Source: Demequinaceae bacterium
GTDB taxonomy: Bacteria > Actinomycetota > Actinomycetes > Actinomycetales > Demequinaceae
Assembly: GCA_965250005.1 (NCBI GenBank)
Contig: OZ252279.1
Span: 120,001 to 152,000, forward strand
Length of the DNA stretch: 32,000 bases
Direction: 5' to 3'
A program made the translations under genes and the position numbers. Positions 9,759-17,704 of the stretch are shown piece by piece (positions within the stretch are counted from its first letter, which is position 1; the number at the start of each line of letters is the position of its first letter). The notes under the pieces are model-generated. The model saw nothing but the letters and a program-made list of their open reading frames with translations, had not been told where the DNA came from and did no database searches.

Positions 9759-9854
9759 GCCTCGCCGCGCGGCATCGCTTGCGCCGACTAGAGCTCCACC
9801 GCTCCGCCAGCGGTCCCCGGGAATCTACTTGGGCCAACGGGGGTTGGGCTGTAC

Positions 9855-10499
9855 GTGACGTCATCAATCGAAGGGGCCGAAGAGTCGGCCGCGCAGTGGC
9901 GCCCGCGAGCGAGCCTGATTCTGTTTGTCGCGGGAATTGCCACATGGTACCTACCCACCTACCCGCTGCAAGTAGGCGACTACGCGGGGATCACCGCGTT
10001 CAATGTGGGCGGCTGGGCTGCGCCGCTGGCGCCCATCGCGCTGGTGCTCGCTGGCCTCGCGCTCAACCAGGCGCCGCTCAAGAGGCGCGCCGTAGCCATC
10101 GCCCTGGCGGCTGGATTCGCCGTGCTCATGTGGGTGTGGCCGTTCGGGTCGGGTTTCTATTCAGCGGACGCGTGGGGCGACCGGTTCGTTGCGAGCCTCG
10201 CCTACCCTGTGCTCACGGCGGCGTGGGCGCACCTCAAGGGCTGGCCCCGCAGGGCGTTGGCGGGCCTCGCTCCGCTCGCGCTGATTGTGCTGGGGGGCAC
10301 GCTCATGTACAACGTGGGCGAGTCCGTGGTGCCGGCGTCGAGCGCTATTCGCAGCACCATCATCGCCATCGGGCCGCTCTTCGTGAAGGTTACGGGCGCG
10401 GGCATCGCTGCCGCGGTCATTGCCGTCGGATCACTGAGCCTGGCGGAGCGATTCGCGGGTAGAGCCGCCGAGCAGGCAAACGAGGGAAGTGCGGACTAG
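9855..10499 (+). CDS. Polytopic integral membrane protein, no family recognised
   Basis: The 214-aa ORF has about 5-6 hydrophobic helices rich in Trp, Gly and Ala. The alternative frame 9779..10462 is Arg-rich and looks like a shadow ORF. The GTG start is uncertain. Its stop overlaps the stop of the convergent gene at the palindromic CTAG (10496..10499). Confidence 0.6.
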   Translation: MTSSIEGAEESAAQWRPRASLILFVAGIATWYLPTYPLQVGDYAGITAFNVGGWAAPLAPIALVLAGLALNQAPLKRRAVAIALAAGFAVLMWVWPFGSGFYSADAWGDRFVASLAYPVLTAAWAHLKGWPRRALAGLAPLALIVLGGTLMYNVGESVVPASSAIRSTIIAIGPLFVKVTGAGIAAAVIAVGSLSLAERFAGRAAEQANEGSAD

Positions 10500-11569
10500 T
10501 CTGCGACCAACACGGTCACAGTGAAATTCTCGGGGGTGCCGAGAAGAAACTCGTCTATGAAGATGATGTAGTCACCTGGGGGGAACGCGCCCTCAATTAG
10601 CGGGTCTCCCGAGCCAGCTTGTCCGAGCGCATCGTCGTTGAAGTAGTAGCGTTCTGCGTCGCCATTCTGGTCGAACCCGAGAACCTCCATCGTGAGGTCT
10701 TCGGCGCCGCCATCGCTTTCCGCAAAGATGGTCAGCCAAGACAGGGCGTCAACGTTGATGCAGATGTATGGGTTGGTTATGCTGGCACCCACATGGATGG
10801 AGCCTGGGTCTGCGACAAACAGCACCGCGTCGTCTGAACACACCTCGATGGAGTACCCGGAGGCCTGCGGGCTGGCGGCACCGGTACGGATCATGCTCTT
10901 GTCGACGTTCGCGTAGAGTTGGTAGTCGCCGCTGGGCTGGCCGAATGCGTCCACCTCGATTAGGTAGGTTCCTCCCAGCAAAGCCATGTTCACTTCGGGG
11001 TCGCTTCCAAACGTGTCGTCAACAGTTACGACGTGCTTGAGAGTTCCGTCCGGAAGCCAAGTACTCAGCGCGAACACGAGGTCGGGGCTTGCCTCCGTTC
11101 CCGAGTGCCACGACTCGAGACCGACGCGCGTGAGGGACGGCGTCGAGATCTCGATGCACGCGAAGCGTTGGCCGTCGCTGAGGTTGAGGATTCCCGATGC
11201 GGTGAGCTTGGGTAGTTCCGTTGTTCCGCATGCGGCGAGCGTGGGTTCGAGCCCGCCGAGTCCACTCGAGGACGTGAGGTCCCCGTTCGGGGGCTCAGGC
11301 TTGACGGACGGGGCAGGTTTGGAAGGCGGCGTGGCGCTCGGCGTTGAGCCTGGGGTCGCATCCCCCGGATCTGCCGTTGCGGCGGGTGTTGCCGAGGCGG
11401 AGGGTGACGCCGAGTCGTTCGCGGCGGGCCGGATTACCAAGAGAACCAGCAGGATGATGATCACAACGGCAAGTGCGGCCACAATCGCGATAATGACGGG
11501 GCTGTTCTTCTTCTGAGATTCGTCCTGAACCGGTGCATTGTCTGCGCTCATGCTTCGAAGGTATCGCAC
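10496..11569 (-). CDS. Membrane-anchored protein with 2 tandem Cys-pair PPC-like (pre-peptidase C-terminal-like) repeats
   Basis: The 357-aa ORF has an N-terminal TM segment 'VIIAIVAALAVVIIILLVLLVI' and a Pro/Ser/Ala linker. Two modules of about 120 aa follow, each with a Cys pair ('AACGTTEL...RFACIEI' and 'EVCSDDAV...PYICINV'). Each module also has a 'DLxFxL...DDxxGSDPE...GTYLIEVDAF...GDYQLY' pattern. It is a paralog of 21347..22867. The start could be GTG 11569 or ATG 11551. Confidence 0.75.
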   Translation of the reverse strand: MRYLRSMSADNAPVQDESQKKNSPVIIAIVAALAVVIIILLVLLVIRPAANDSASPSASATPAATADPGDATPGSTPSATPPSKPAPSVKPEPPNGDLTSSSGLGGLEPTLAACGTTELPKLTASGILNLSDGQRFACIEISTPSLTRVGLESWHSGTEASPDLVFALSTWLPDGTLKHVVTVDDTFGSDPEVNMALLGGTYLIEVDAFGQPSGDYQLYANVDKSMIRTGAASPQASGYSIEVCSDDAVLFVADPGSIHVGASITNPYICINVDALSWLTIFAESDGGAEDLTMEVLGFDQNGDAERYYFNDDALGQAGSGDPLIEGAFPPGDYIIFIDEFLLGTPENFTVTVLVAD

Positions 11570-11623
11570 CCTCCGCGCTCATGGTGGGTGAACGAGGACT
11601 GTGCTGCGTGGGAGACTCACAGC

Positions 11624-13057
11624 ATGACGCCACCTCGCGATACCCTCGGCGCTGGCGCGCCCGAGCCCGACGACTTCGGCGGCCTCACCGCCCAAGAGGC
11701 GGAGCGCGAGATTTACGCGCACATCATCGCCCGCGCGCCGGAGCACGACATCGAGCCCAGCCTGGACCGCGTGCGTGAGGCGTGCGACCTGCTGGGCAAC
11801 CCTCAGCACGCGTACCGAGTCATTCACATCACAGGCACGAACGGCAAGACCAGCGTCGCGCGCATGACGGAGGCGCTCGTGCGCGAGCACGGCCTGCGGA
11901 CTGGTCTGTTCACGTCGCCCCACCTGACGTCCGTGCGCGAGCGCATCCAGATCGACGGCACTCCCATTGGCGCCGCAGATTTTGTGCGGCTCTGGCAGGA
12001 CGTCGCGCCCATCATCCACATGGTTGACGTGCGAAGCGAAAACAACAGTGGGCCGCGTCTGAGCTTCTTCGAAGTGCTCACGGTCTTGGGATTCGCTGCA
12101 TTCGCCGATGCGCCCGTCGACGTTGCCATCATCGAGGTGGGCTTGGGAGGCGGCTGGGACGCGACAAACGTTGCCGACGGCGAGGTCGCCGTGATCGCTC
12201 CCATTTCGCTTGATCACTCCGTGTACCTGGGCGACGATGTGGTGGGGATCGCGGAAGAAAAGGCGGGCATCATCAAGCCCGGCGCCGCAGTGGTCGTATC
12301 CGAACAGATCGAGTCCGTCACGCCTGTAATCGAGGCAGCGGCCAAGGCCGCAGAAGCGCGGCTGTACGCGGAGGGCGACCAGCTCGAGGTGGTCGCGCGC
12401 CAACCCGGGGTGGGTGGCCAGCTCATCACGCTCCGCACTGCGGCGGCGCGGTACGAAGACCTGTTCTTGCCGATGTTCGGCGAGCACCAGGCGCGCAACG
12501 CACTGCTCGCCGTTGCGGCCACCGAGGCGCTACTCGCGTCAGGTGGGGATCCCGTGTCACTCGCGGGGCCCACGCTTGAGGCTGCATTCGCGGGCGTGAC
12601 CAACCCCGGCCGGCTTGAGGCCGTCCGCACGGCACCCATGATCGTCGTCGATGCGGCGCACAACCCTGCCGGCGTAGATGCGTTGGCAGAGGCGATGCGC
12701 GAGAACTTCACGTTCGAGACCCTGGTGGGCGTGGTCGGCATCCTCGAAGACAAGGACGTCGACGGCATCCTCGATGGTCTTGAACCGCTGCTGGATCAGA
12801 TTGTCGTCACTGCCTCGGCGTCACCCCGTGCCATCTCGGTCCCGGACCTCGCGAAGGCGGCAACAGAAGCGTTCGGGGACGACCGCGTCCACACGTCAGA
12901 CGATCTCCCCGACGCGATCGACCAGGCCGTCCAGCTGAGCGAGGCAGTGAATGATCTAGGTGCAGGCGTACTCATCACCGGCTCCATTACCCTGGTGGCC
13001 GACGCCCGCATCCTGCTGGGCGCCGACAAGCGAAAGGGAGCGGGGCAAGCACGATGA
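11624..13057 (+). CDS. folC: Bifunctional folylpolyglutamate synthase / dihydrofolate synthase
   Basis: It has the Mur-ligase P-loop 'HITGTNGKTSVARM', 'GLFTSPHL', 'FEVLTVLGF' and 'DAAHNPAG'. I prefer the ATG at 11624 ('GGGAG' about 9 nt upstream) over the track's GTG at 11588. The start remains uncertain. Confidence 0.93.
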   Translation: MTPPRDTLGAGAPEPDDFGGLTAQEAEREIYAHIIARAPEHDIEPSLDRVREACDLLGNPQHAYRVIHITGTNGKTSVARMTEALVREHGLRTGLFTSPHLTSVRERIQIDGTPIGAADFVRLWQDVAPIIHMVDVRSENNSGPRLSFFEVLTVLGFAAFADAPVDVAIIEVGLGGGWDATNVADGEVAVIAPISLDHSVYLGDDVVGIAEEKAGIIKPGAAVVVSEQIESVTPVIEAAAKAAEARLYAEGDQLEVVARQPGVGGQLITLRTAAARYEDLFLPMFGEHQARNALLAVAATEALLASGGDPVSLAGPTLEAAFAGVTNPGRLEAVRTAPMIVVDAAHNPAGVDALAEAMRENFTFETLVGVVGILEDKDVDGILDGLEPLLDQIVVTASASPRAISVPDLAKAATEAFGDDRVHTSDDLPDAIDQAVQLSEAVNDLGAGVLITGSITLVADARILLGADKRKGAGQAR

Positions 13058-13440
13058 CCGAGGCCCCACAGCGGCCACAGCGTTCCGCGCTGCTCACGTT
13101 CACCCAAGCCATGCTGGTGCTCCAGGCACTCGCGGCCCTATTTGCGACCATCACGTTGAGTGGACTGAGCCGCGGCGCCAGCATCGACATCAACAACGAG
13201 TCGCTCCTCGCATACGGCTACGTGCTGATGCTCGGGCTCCTGCTCGCGGTCGGGGTGCAGAAGCGCCCGTGGGGCCGCTGGGTGGGGTCGGCGCTTCAGG
13301 CGCCGATGCTGCTGGGCGGGCTCATTGAGCCGGCCGTCGCGATCGTGGGAGTGATGTTCCTGATTCTGTGGATCGCCGCGCTCAGGCTAGGTGGTCGAAT
13401 CGATCGGGAACGCGCCGAACGCGCATCGGCACCTAACTAG
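13054..13440 (+). CDS. DUF4233-like membrane protein (conserved folC-downstream gene)
   Basis: The 128-aa ORF has 3-4 TM segments. Its start overlaps the folC stop (ATGA at 13054..13057). It occupies the same position as Rv2446c between folC and ndkA in M. tuberculosis, from memory. Confidence 0.8.
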   Translation: MTEAPQRPQRSALLTFTQAMLVLQALAALFATITLSGLSRGASIDINNESLLAYGYVLMLGLLLAVGVQKRPWGRWVGSALQAPMLLGGLIEPAVAIVGVMFLILWIAALRLGGRIDRERAERASAPN

Positions 13441-13491
13441 CGCCAAGGCGAGTACGTTTGTACCCGCACGCCCCCTCAAAGGAGCCACAAA

Positions 13492-13968
13492 ATGAAGTCC
13501 ACGCTGATCAAGCTTGGCGTATCGCTCGCAATCGGCATCGTTGGGCTGACGATGGCGTTCTACGGGCTGGAGCGCAGCGCACTCATCGAGGCGCAAGCGT
13601 CGCTGTCCGGTGTTGACATGCCAGTGCCCACCCGCATCTTCGTCACACTCTTTGTGGGCCTCACCGCGCTCAACATTTCCGTGTTCTCTGCGCTGGCGGT
13701 ATGGAGCACCTACCTGCGCGAGCACGAGGGCACCAAGCAGTTGCCCGTATGGTTGCTCATCGGTGCGCTTGTCATCTCGGGTGGCCTGGGAATCACCGGT
13801 CTGGCGCAGCACGGCGGCTACATCAACACGCTGGGCGAGGTGCCGATGGACGTCAACCAGGGCTATATCGCGTACATGACGGTGTTCGGAACATTCTTTG
13901 TGGTGGCGTTAGTGCTGGTGGGTGTCCGCTGGCGTCCGGGGCAGGCGCGCGAAATGCACGAGGACTAA
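13492..13968 (+). CDS. 4-TM integral membrane protein, no family recognised
   Basis: The 158-aa ORF has the SD 'AAAGGAG' 8 nt upstream of the ATG and four clear hydrophobic helices. Confidence 0.7.
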   Translation: MKSTLIKLGVSLAIGIVGLTMAFYGLERSALIEAQASLSGVDMPVPTRIFVTLFVGLTALNISVFSALAVWSTYLREHEGTKQLPVWLLIGALVISGGLGITGLAQHGGYINTLGEVPMDVNQGYIAYMTVFGTFFVVALVLVGVRWRPGQAREMHED

Positions 13969-14034
13969 CTTCCGTTTGCCCGCCGCCAAGAATCGGCGCC
14001 TGCATGCCGCAGTAACCCTGGGGCGCGAGGTCGA

Positions 14035-15726
14035 TTACTTGGTTGGAATGGACAGCCGCTGACCTATGTAGATCCGGTTCGGATTCTTGATCCCGTTCTT
14101 GATAGCGATCGCGGCGTACGTCGTGCCGAACTTGGCCGCGATTCCGCTGAGAGTGTCACCGTTCACCACGATGTAAATGATGACCGTGGGGGCGGATGGG
14201 GACGTGGGCGTGGGCGTCGGCGCGGGTGAGCTAGTGTCCGTCGTCGTGATCTTGATCTTCTGCCCCACGTAGATCAGATTCACGTTCTTGATCACGTTTG
14301 CCGAAGCGATCGCAGACACTGTGGTCCCGTATCGTGACGCGATCCTGCCGAGCGTGTCCCCGCGGACCACGGTGTAGGTGATCGTAGTTGGCGTTGCGGT
14401 AGCGGGGGTTGGCGTCTCGCTTGGCGTGGGCGTGGGCGTGGGCGTGGGCGTGGGCGTGGGCGTGGGCGTCTCGCTCGGCGTGGGCGTTGGCGTCGATTCA
14501 GGAACGGGTAGCGGGTCTGTCGTAGTGGTCACAACGGGGATTCGCAGTCGCTGGCCAACGATGATGAGCGCGTACTTGTTGAGACCGTTCTCCTTGATTA
14601 TCGCGGAGATCGACGAGTCATACGTGCGCGAGAGTCCCCAGACCGTGTCACCGTGAACCACACGGTGGGAAACGTACGTAGTGATTTCGCGTGTCACGAG
14701 CGTGGCCGTGGGTGTTGGGCTGGCGCTCGGCGTCACCGTTGGCGTCACCGACGGCTCGGGTGTAGGCGAGGGGCTGGGCTCGGGTGTAGGCGAGGGGCTG
14801 GGCTCGGGTGCAGGCGAGGGGCTGGGCTTGGGTGCAGGCGACGGGCTCGGCGACGGCGACGCGGACGGCGAGGGGCTGGGCGAGGGAGCCGGATCGACCG
14901 TGGAGCCGACGGGGTCTCCGAACCAATTCGACCACAGGCGCCAAAAATTGCGGTTCCCGTATGAACTACACGAGTTGCCGAGGCCAGACAGGTTAGCGAG
15001 AGCAGCCGCGTTCGGCTGGTACGGCGTGTAGTAGTACAGGGCGGCGGTCGCGCGGTTCTGAATGAAGACCGGGCTGGATCCACAGGACGACCGCGGGTGC
15101 CAGCGAATGTTGGTCGTCTTGCCTACGGGATACCACTTGAAGCTTGAGCCGGGGTGGCCGTAGTAGAGAAGTTGGCTCGCCGCGGAGTAGAGCTGAATGA
15201 AGAAACCGTAGTACGCAGAACTGCAAGGCGCGGTATCCGGGCACGCGTACCCCATCGCTCGTTGATAGCGCCAGGATGCCGGCGACGACAGCGTGACGAG
15301 GCTGGTTTCCTTCTGGAGAATCACGAGGAGTGCCATCGGGTTGATGTGGCACGCCTGGGCAACGTCGTAAATCATCTGCGCCGACGAGACATTTTCTTTG
15401 CCGACGAGAGGTTCGACGCACCGTCGCGAATCCGCGGGCCGGTCGTAGGTGTTTGCTCGATAGGTACGCAGGCACCCGTTGCAACTGGACGGGCCTACGT
15501 CATCGAGGAACGACTGGATGTCCTCGACGGTCATGGATCCGTAATCGAAGAAATTTGCGTCGGTGACGATCAGTCCGGGCTGGAACTCGCTTCCGGAGGG
15601 AGCGGCGTCGGCGCTGGCCGCCGTCGTCACCATATTCACCGACGTCGCCATCAGAGCCAGCAGTAGTGCCACCAGCACGCCGCGCGCGGAGAACGTCATA
15701 CCGCGGGCGGAGAGGGCAGTGGTCAT
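14035..15726 (-). CDS. Secreted Cys-rich domain protein with 3 LysM domains (putative peptidoglycan-binding or hydrolysing)
   Basis: The signal peptide is 'MTTALSARGMTFSARGVLVALLLALMATSVNMVTTAASADA'. A Cys-rich domain of about 270 aa follows, with '...INPMALLVILQKETSLV...MGYACPDTAPC...YGNRNFWRLWSNWFG'. Three LysM modules come next ('HGDTVWGLSRTY..', 'RGDTLGRIASRYG..', 'NGDTLSGIAAKFG..'), separated by P/S/T linkers. The start chosen at 15726 overlaps the upstream stop (ATGA). The track's 65-aa His/Arg-rich N-terminal extension was rejected. Confidence 0.85.
   Translation of the reverse strand: MTTALSARGMTFSARGVLVALLLALMATSVNMVTTAASADAAPSGSEFQPGLIVTDANFFDYGSMTVEDIQSFLDDVGPSSCNGCLRTYRANTYDRPADSRRCVEPLVGKENVSSAQMIYDVAQACHINPMALLVILQKETSLVTLSSPASWRYQRAMGYACPDTAPCSSAYYGFFIQLYSAASQLLYYGHPGSSFKWYPVGKTTNIRWHPRSSCGSSPVFIQNRATAALYYYTPYQPNAAALANLSGLGNSCSSYGNRNFWRLWSNWFGDPVGSTVDPAPSPSPSPSASPSPSPSPAPKPSPSPAPEPSPSPTPEPSPSPTPEPSVTPTVTPSASPTPTATLVTREITTYVSHRVVHGDTVWGLSRTYDSSISAIIKENGLNKYALIIVGQRLRIPVVTTTTDPLPVPESTPTPTPSETPTPTPTPTPTPTPTPSETPTPATATPTTITYTVVRGDTLGRIASRYGTTVSAIASANVIKNVNLIYVGQKIKITTTDTSSPAPTPTPTSPSAPTVIIYIVVNGDTLSGIAAKFGTTYAAIAIKNGIKNPNRIYIGQRLSIPTK
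14423..14470. repeat. Hexanucleotide tandem repeat (GGCGTG)x7 plus one variant, encoding a (Thr-Pro)n linker on the minus strand
   Basis: Counted directly: there are seven perfect GGCGTG units from 14423, followed by GGCGTC. The array is flanked on both sides by 'GGCGTCTCGCT(T/C)GGCGTGGGCGT'. Confidence 0.9.
14753..14848. repeat. 24-bp tandem repeat x4, encoding a PSPSPTPE-type linker on the minus strand
   Basis: The units are at 14753-14776 and 14777-14800 (identical), 14801-14824 (1 mismatch) and 14825-14848 (several mismatches). The consensus is 'GGCTCGGGTGTAGGCGAGGGGCTG'. Confidence 0.9.
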
Positions 15727-16265
15727 GGGAGCGTCACATTGTCGGTGTTCGACAATCCACTGTAACTCGCGGACTGGTACGCGACGACGATGCTTGCTGT
15801 CCCGGCCGGGAGTTCGCTCAGCGGGAATGTGAACTGTCCGCATTCGGTTGTGGTGACGTTGGCGGCGCCGGTGCTCGTTTTCGAAATGACCACGGAGCCC
15901 GCAGTTACCGTGACGGTGCACATTCCACCGTTCTCTGTAATGCCGGGAACATTCGCGACCACCTGTAGCTCCCCGGCAGTGGCGTCGACGATGGAGAGGA
16001 AGACCTCAGGGCTCACTACGGAGCCCACGGGCGCGTTTTGAATGGGACCGGAAATAGTCGCCGACGGCGATGGCGACGGGGAGGCGGAGGTGCCGCGGGT
16101 GGCCGACGGCGAAGGTGAAGGTGTGGGGCCGTGGGACGTTGTAACGGTGACCTCGGGAGTGGGTGTGATCTCGGTGGGGCCGAAAGGGGTGCACGCGGCG
16201 AGCGTGGTCACGGCTATCACGGCGAGTGCCCCTAGTGCGCGCGGGCCGATTTCGCTGCCGGTCAT
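15723..16265 (-). CDS. Lipoprotein with Pro/Ser/Thr linker and C-terminal Ig-like beta-rich domain
   Basis: The start ATG at 16265 is preceded by 'AGAGGGA'. The lipobox is 'TTLAAC'. The C-terminal domain has a Cys pair ('GGMCTVTV...TTECGQFTF'). Its stop overlaps the start of the LysM gene, suggesting translational coupling. Confidence 0.7.
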   Translation of the reverse strand: MTGSEIGPRALGALAVIAVTTLAACTPFGPTEITPTPEVTVTTSHGPTPSPSPSATRGTSASPSPSPSATISGPIQNAPVGSVVSPEVFLSIVDATAGELQVVANVPGITENGGMCTVTVTAGSVVISKTSTGAANVTTTECGQFTFPLSELPAGTASIVVAYQSASYSGLSNTDNVTLP

Positions 16266-16530
16266 CGCGTCCCTCTCTGTGTGCGCGAGCGTGGGGCGGG
16301 TTGCCCTGCTCACCTGAGTCACAATTGTCACACGTATCACTTCCGTATAGGGGGAAGCGCGCTCTGCACGTTATCGGCGTGTCACGGGGAGCCCATGAGA
16401 GGTAATCGAGGGTCCCCGCCGCTCGCTCTCCACTTCTATTGACGCGCGGAAACTCCGAAATGTCCCCATAATGTGACGAGTTTCACAGGCGCGCGCTGCG
16501 CTGCGGCAGAGTCCCGGTAGGCTCCGTGGC

Positions 16531-16950
16531 ATGACTGAACGCACCCTCATCCTCGTCAAGCCCGACGGCGTCCGCCGCAATCTCGTAGGGGAAATCCTGC
16601 GCCGCGTGGAGGCGAAGGGCTACGGCATCGTCGCACTGAAGCTAACGCAAGCCACGCCCGAGCTGCTCGCCGCGCACTACGAGGAGCACGTGGGCAAGCC
16701 GTTCTACGAGCCGTTGGTGGAGTTCATGCTCTCCGGGCCGACGGTCGCCGCGATCGCCCAGGGCGAGCGAGTCATCGAGGGCTTCCGGTCACTGGCAGGC
16801 GCCACTGATCCCACTGTCGCCGCTCCCGGCACCATCCGCGGAGACCTTAGCCGCGACTGGGGCGCCAAGGTCATGCAAAACCTGGTGCACGGTTCGGACT
16901 CGAGTCTGTCTGCCGAGCGCGAGATCGGCATCTGGTTCCCCGAGGCATAG
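16531..16950 (+). CDS. ndk: Nucleoside diphosphate kinase
   Basis: The 139-aa ORF has 'ERTLILVKPDGV', 'GTIRGD' and the catalytic-His motif 'NLVHGSDS'. Confidence 0.97.
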   Translation: MTERTLILVKPDGVRRNLVGEILRRVEAKGYGIVALKLTQATPELLAAHYEEHVGKPFYEPLVEFMLSGPTVAAIAQGERVIEGFRSLAGATDPTVAAPGTIRGDLSRDWGAKVMQNLVHGSDSSLSAEREIGIWFPEA

Positions 16951-17061
16951 CCTTCCCAGGTTGACCGGGTGCGAGCCGCGAGGCCCTTTGCCGGCGCGTT
17001 CGTACTGAGCACGCCCTAGGCTGGCTCCAACCTCGCTACCAACAGTATCAAAGGAGAACCC

Positions 17062-17631
17062 ATGCGCGACGCAATTGAAGACTTCGTGGAGAAGGGCATC
17101 TTCGCCTCTAGGTGGCTGCTGGCTCCGATCTACATTGGACTGGTGGGCGGGCTCTTCATCATCCTGTACTCGTTCTATAACGAGTTTGTGCACCTAGTTC
17201 AAGAGGTCTCGCACGGCGCCGACCACGAGCAAATCACGCTTGGCATTCTCGCCTTGCTCGACATCGCGCTGCTGGCCAACCTGATCCTAATCGTGATCTT
17301 CGCGGGCTACGAGAACTTCGTGTCCAAGATCAACGCCGCGCAGAACAGCGAGGACCGCCCGCACTGGATGGGCCACATCGACTTCTCCGGGCTCAAGATC
17401 AAGCTGATCGGCTCCCTTGTCGCGATCTCCGTGATTGAGTTACTTCAGGATTTTGTCGCCGCAAGCGAGGAGGGCCACACGCTCGACTACACAGCGGTGA
17501 AGTGGCGCATCGGCCTGCACATGACGTTCCTCGCCTCCGGTGTGATGTTCGCGATCATGGACTACATCGGCGACAAGAGGAAGATCATGCTCGACGTGCA
17601 CACCAGGGGCCACGCCGAGGTGAGCAAGTAG
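17062..17631 (+). CDS. yqhA: UPF0114/YqhA-family membrane protein
   Basis: The SD 'AAAGGAGA' lies upstream. The motifs 'ASRWLLAPIYIGL', 'FAGYENFVSKI' and 'SLVAISVIELLQDF' closely parallel E. coli YqhA ('ASRWLLAPVYFGL', 'FSGYENFVSQL', 'SIVAISSIHLLRVF') from memory. Confidence 0.85.
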   Translation: MRDAIEDFVEKGIFASRWLLAPIYIGLVGGLFIILYSFYNEFVHLVQEVSHGADHEQITLGILALLDIALLANLILIVIFAGYENFVSKINAAQNSEDRPHWMGHIDFSGLKIKLIGSLVAISVIELLQDFVAASEEGHTLDYTAVKWRIGLHMTFLASGVMFAIMDYIGDKRKIMLDVHTRGHAEVSK

Positions 17632-17704
17632 CACCTGATCCCGTGGCGTCGGCGAGCCTGCAGCGCGGCTCGTGTGAGGCGCGCGATCACCTAGAGTTGT
17701 CCCC

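Noticed and set aside
9779-10462. A 227-aa ORF in an alternative plus-strand frame overlapping the membrane-protein gene.
   Set aside because: It is extremely Arg/Gly-rich with no hydrophobic or domain pattern. The 9855..10499 frame gives coherent TM helices.
14423-14848. The tandem repeats here and at 26715..26810 considered as possible CRISPR arrays.
   Set aside because: The units are contiguous with no spacers and are only 6, 24 and 16 bp long. No cas genes are present. The first two arrays are coding linkers.
15727-15921. A 65-codon His/Arg-rich N-terminal extension of the LysM-protein ORF.
   Set aside because: It overlaps the 3' end of the upstream lipoprotein gene. A proper signal peptide begins at the ATG at 15726, which forms an ATGA overlap with the upstream stop.
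16438-16475. A possible ndk promoter, with TTGACG followed by TAATGT.
   Set aside because: By my count the spacer is about 24 nt, too long for a canonical -35/-10 pair. Only the -10-like hexamer could be real, and that is not enough support to annotate.
17640-17704. A hairpin (CGAGCC-N8-GGCTCG) after yqhA considered as a terminator. Similar short GC hairpins follow the amidohydrolase (about 31312..31330) and the small protein at 23242.
   Set aside because: The stems are only 5-7 bp with no U-tract, which is easily produced by chance in GC-rich DNA. This is not enough evidence to annotate them.
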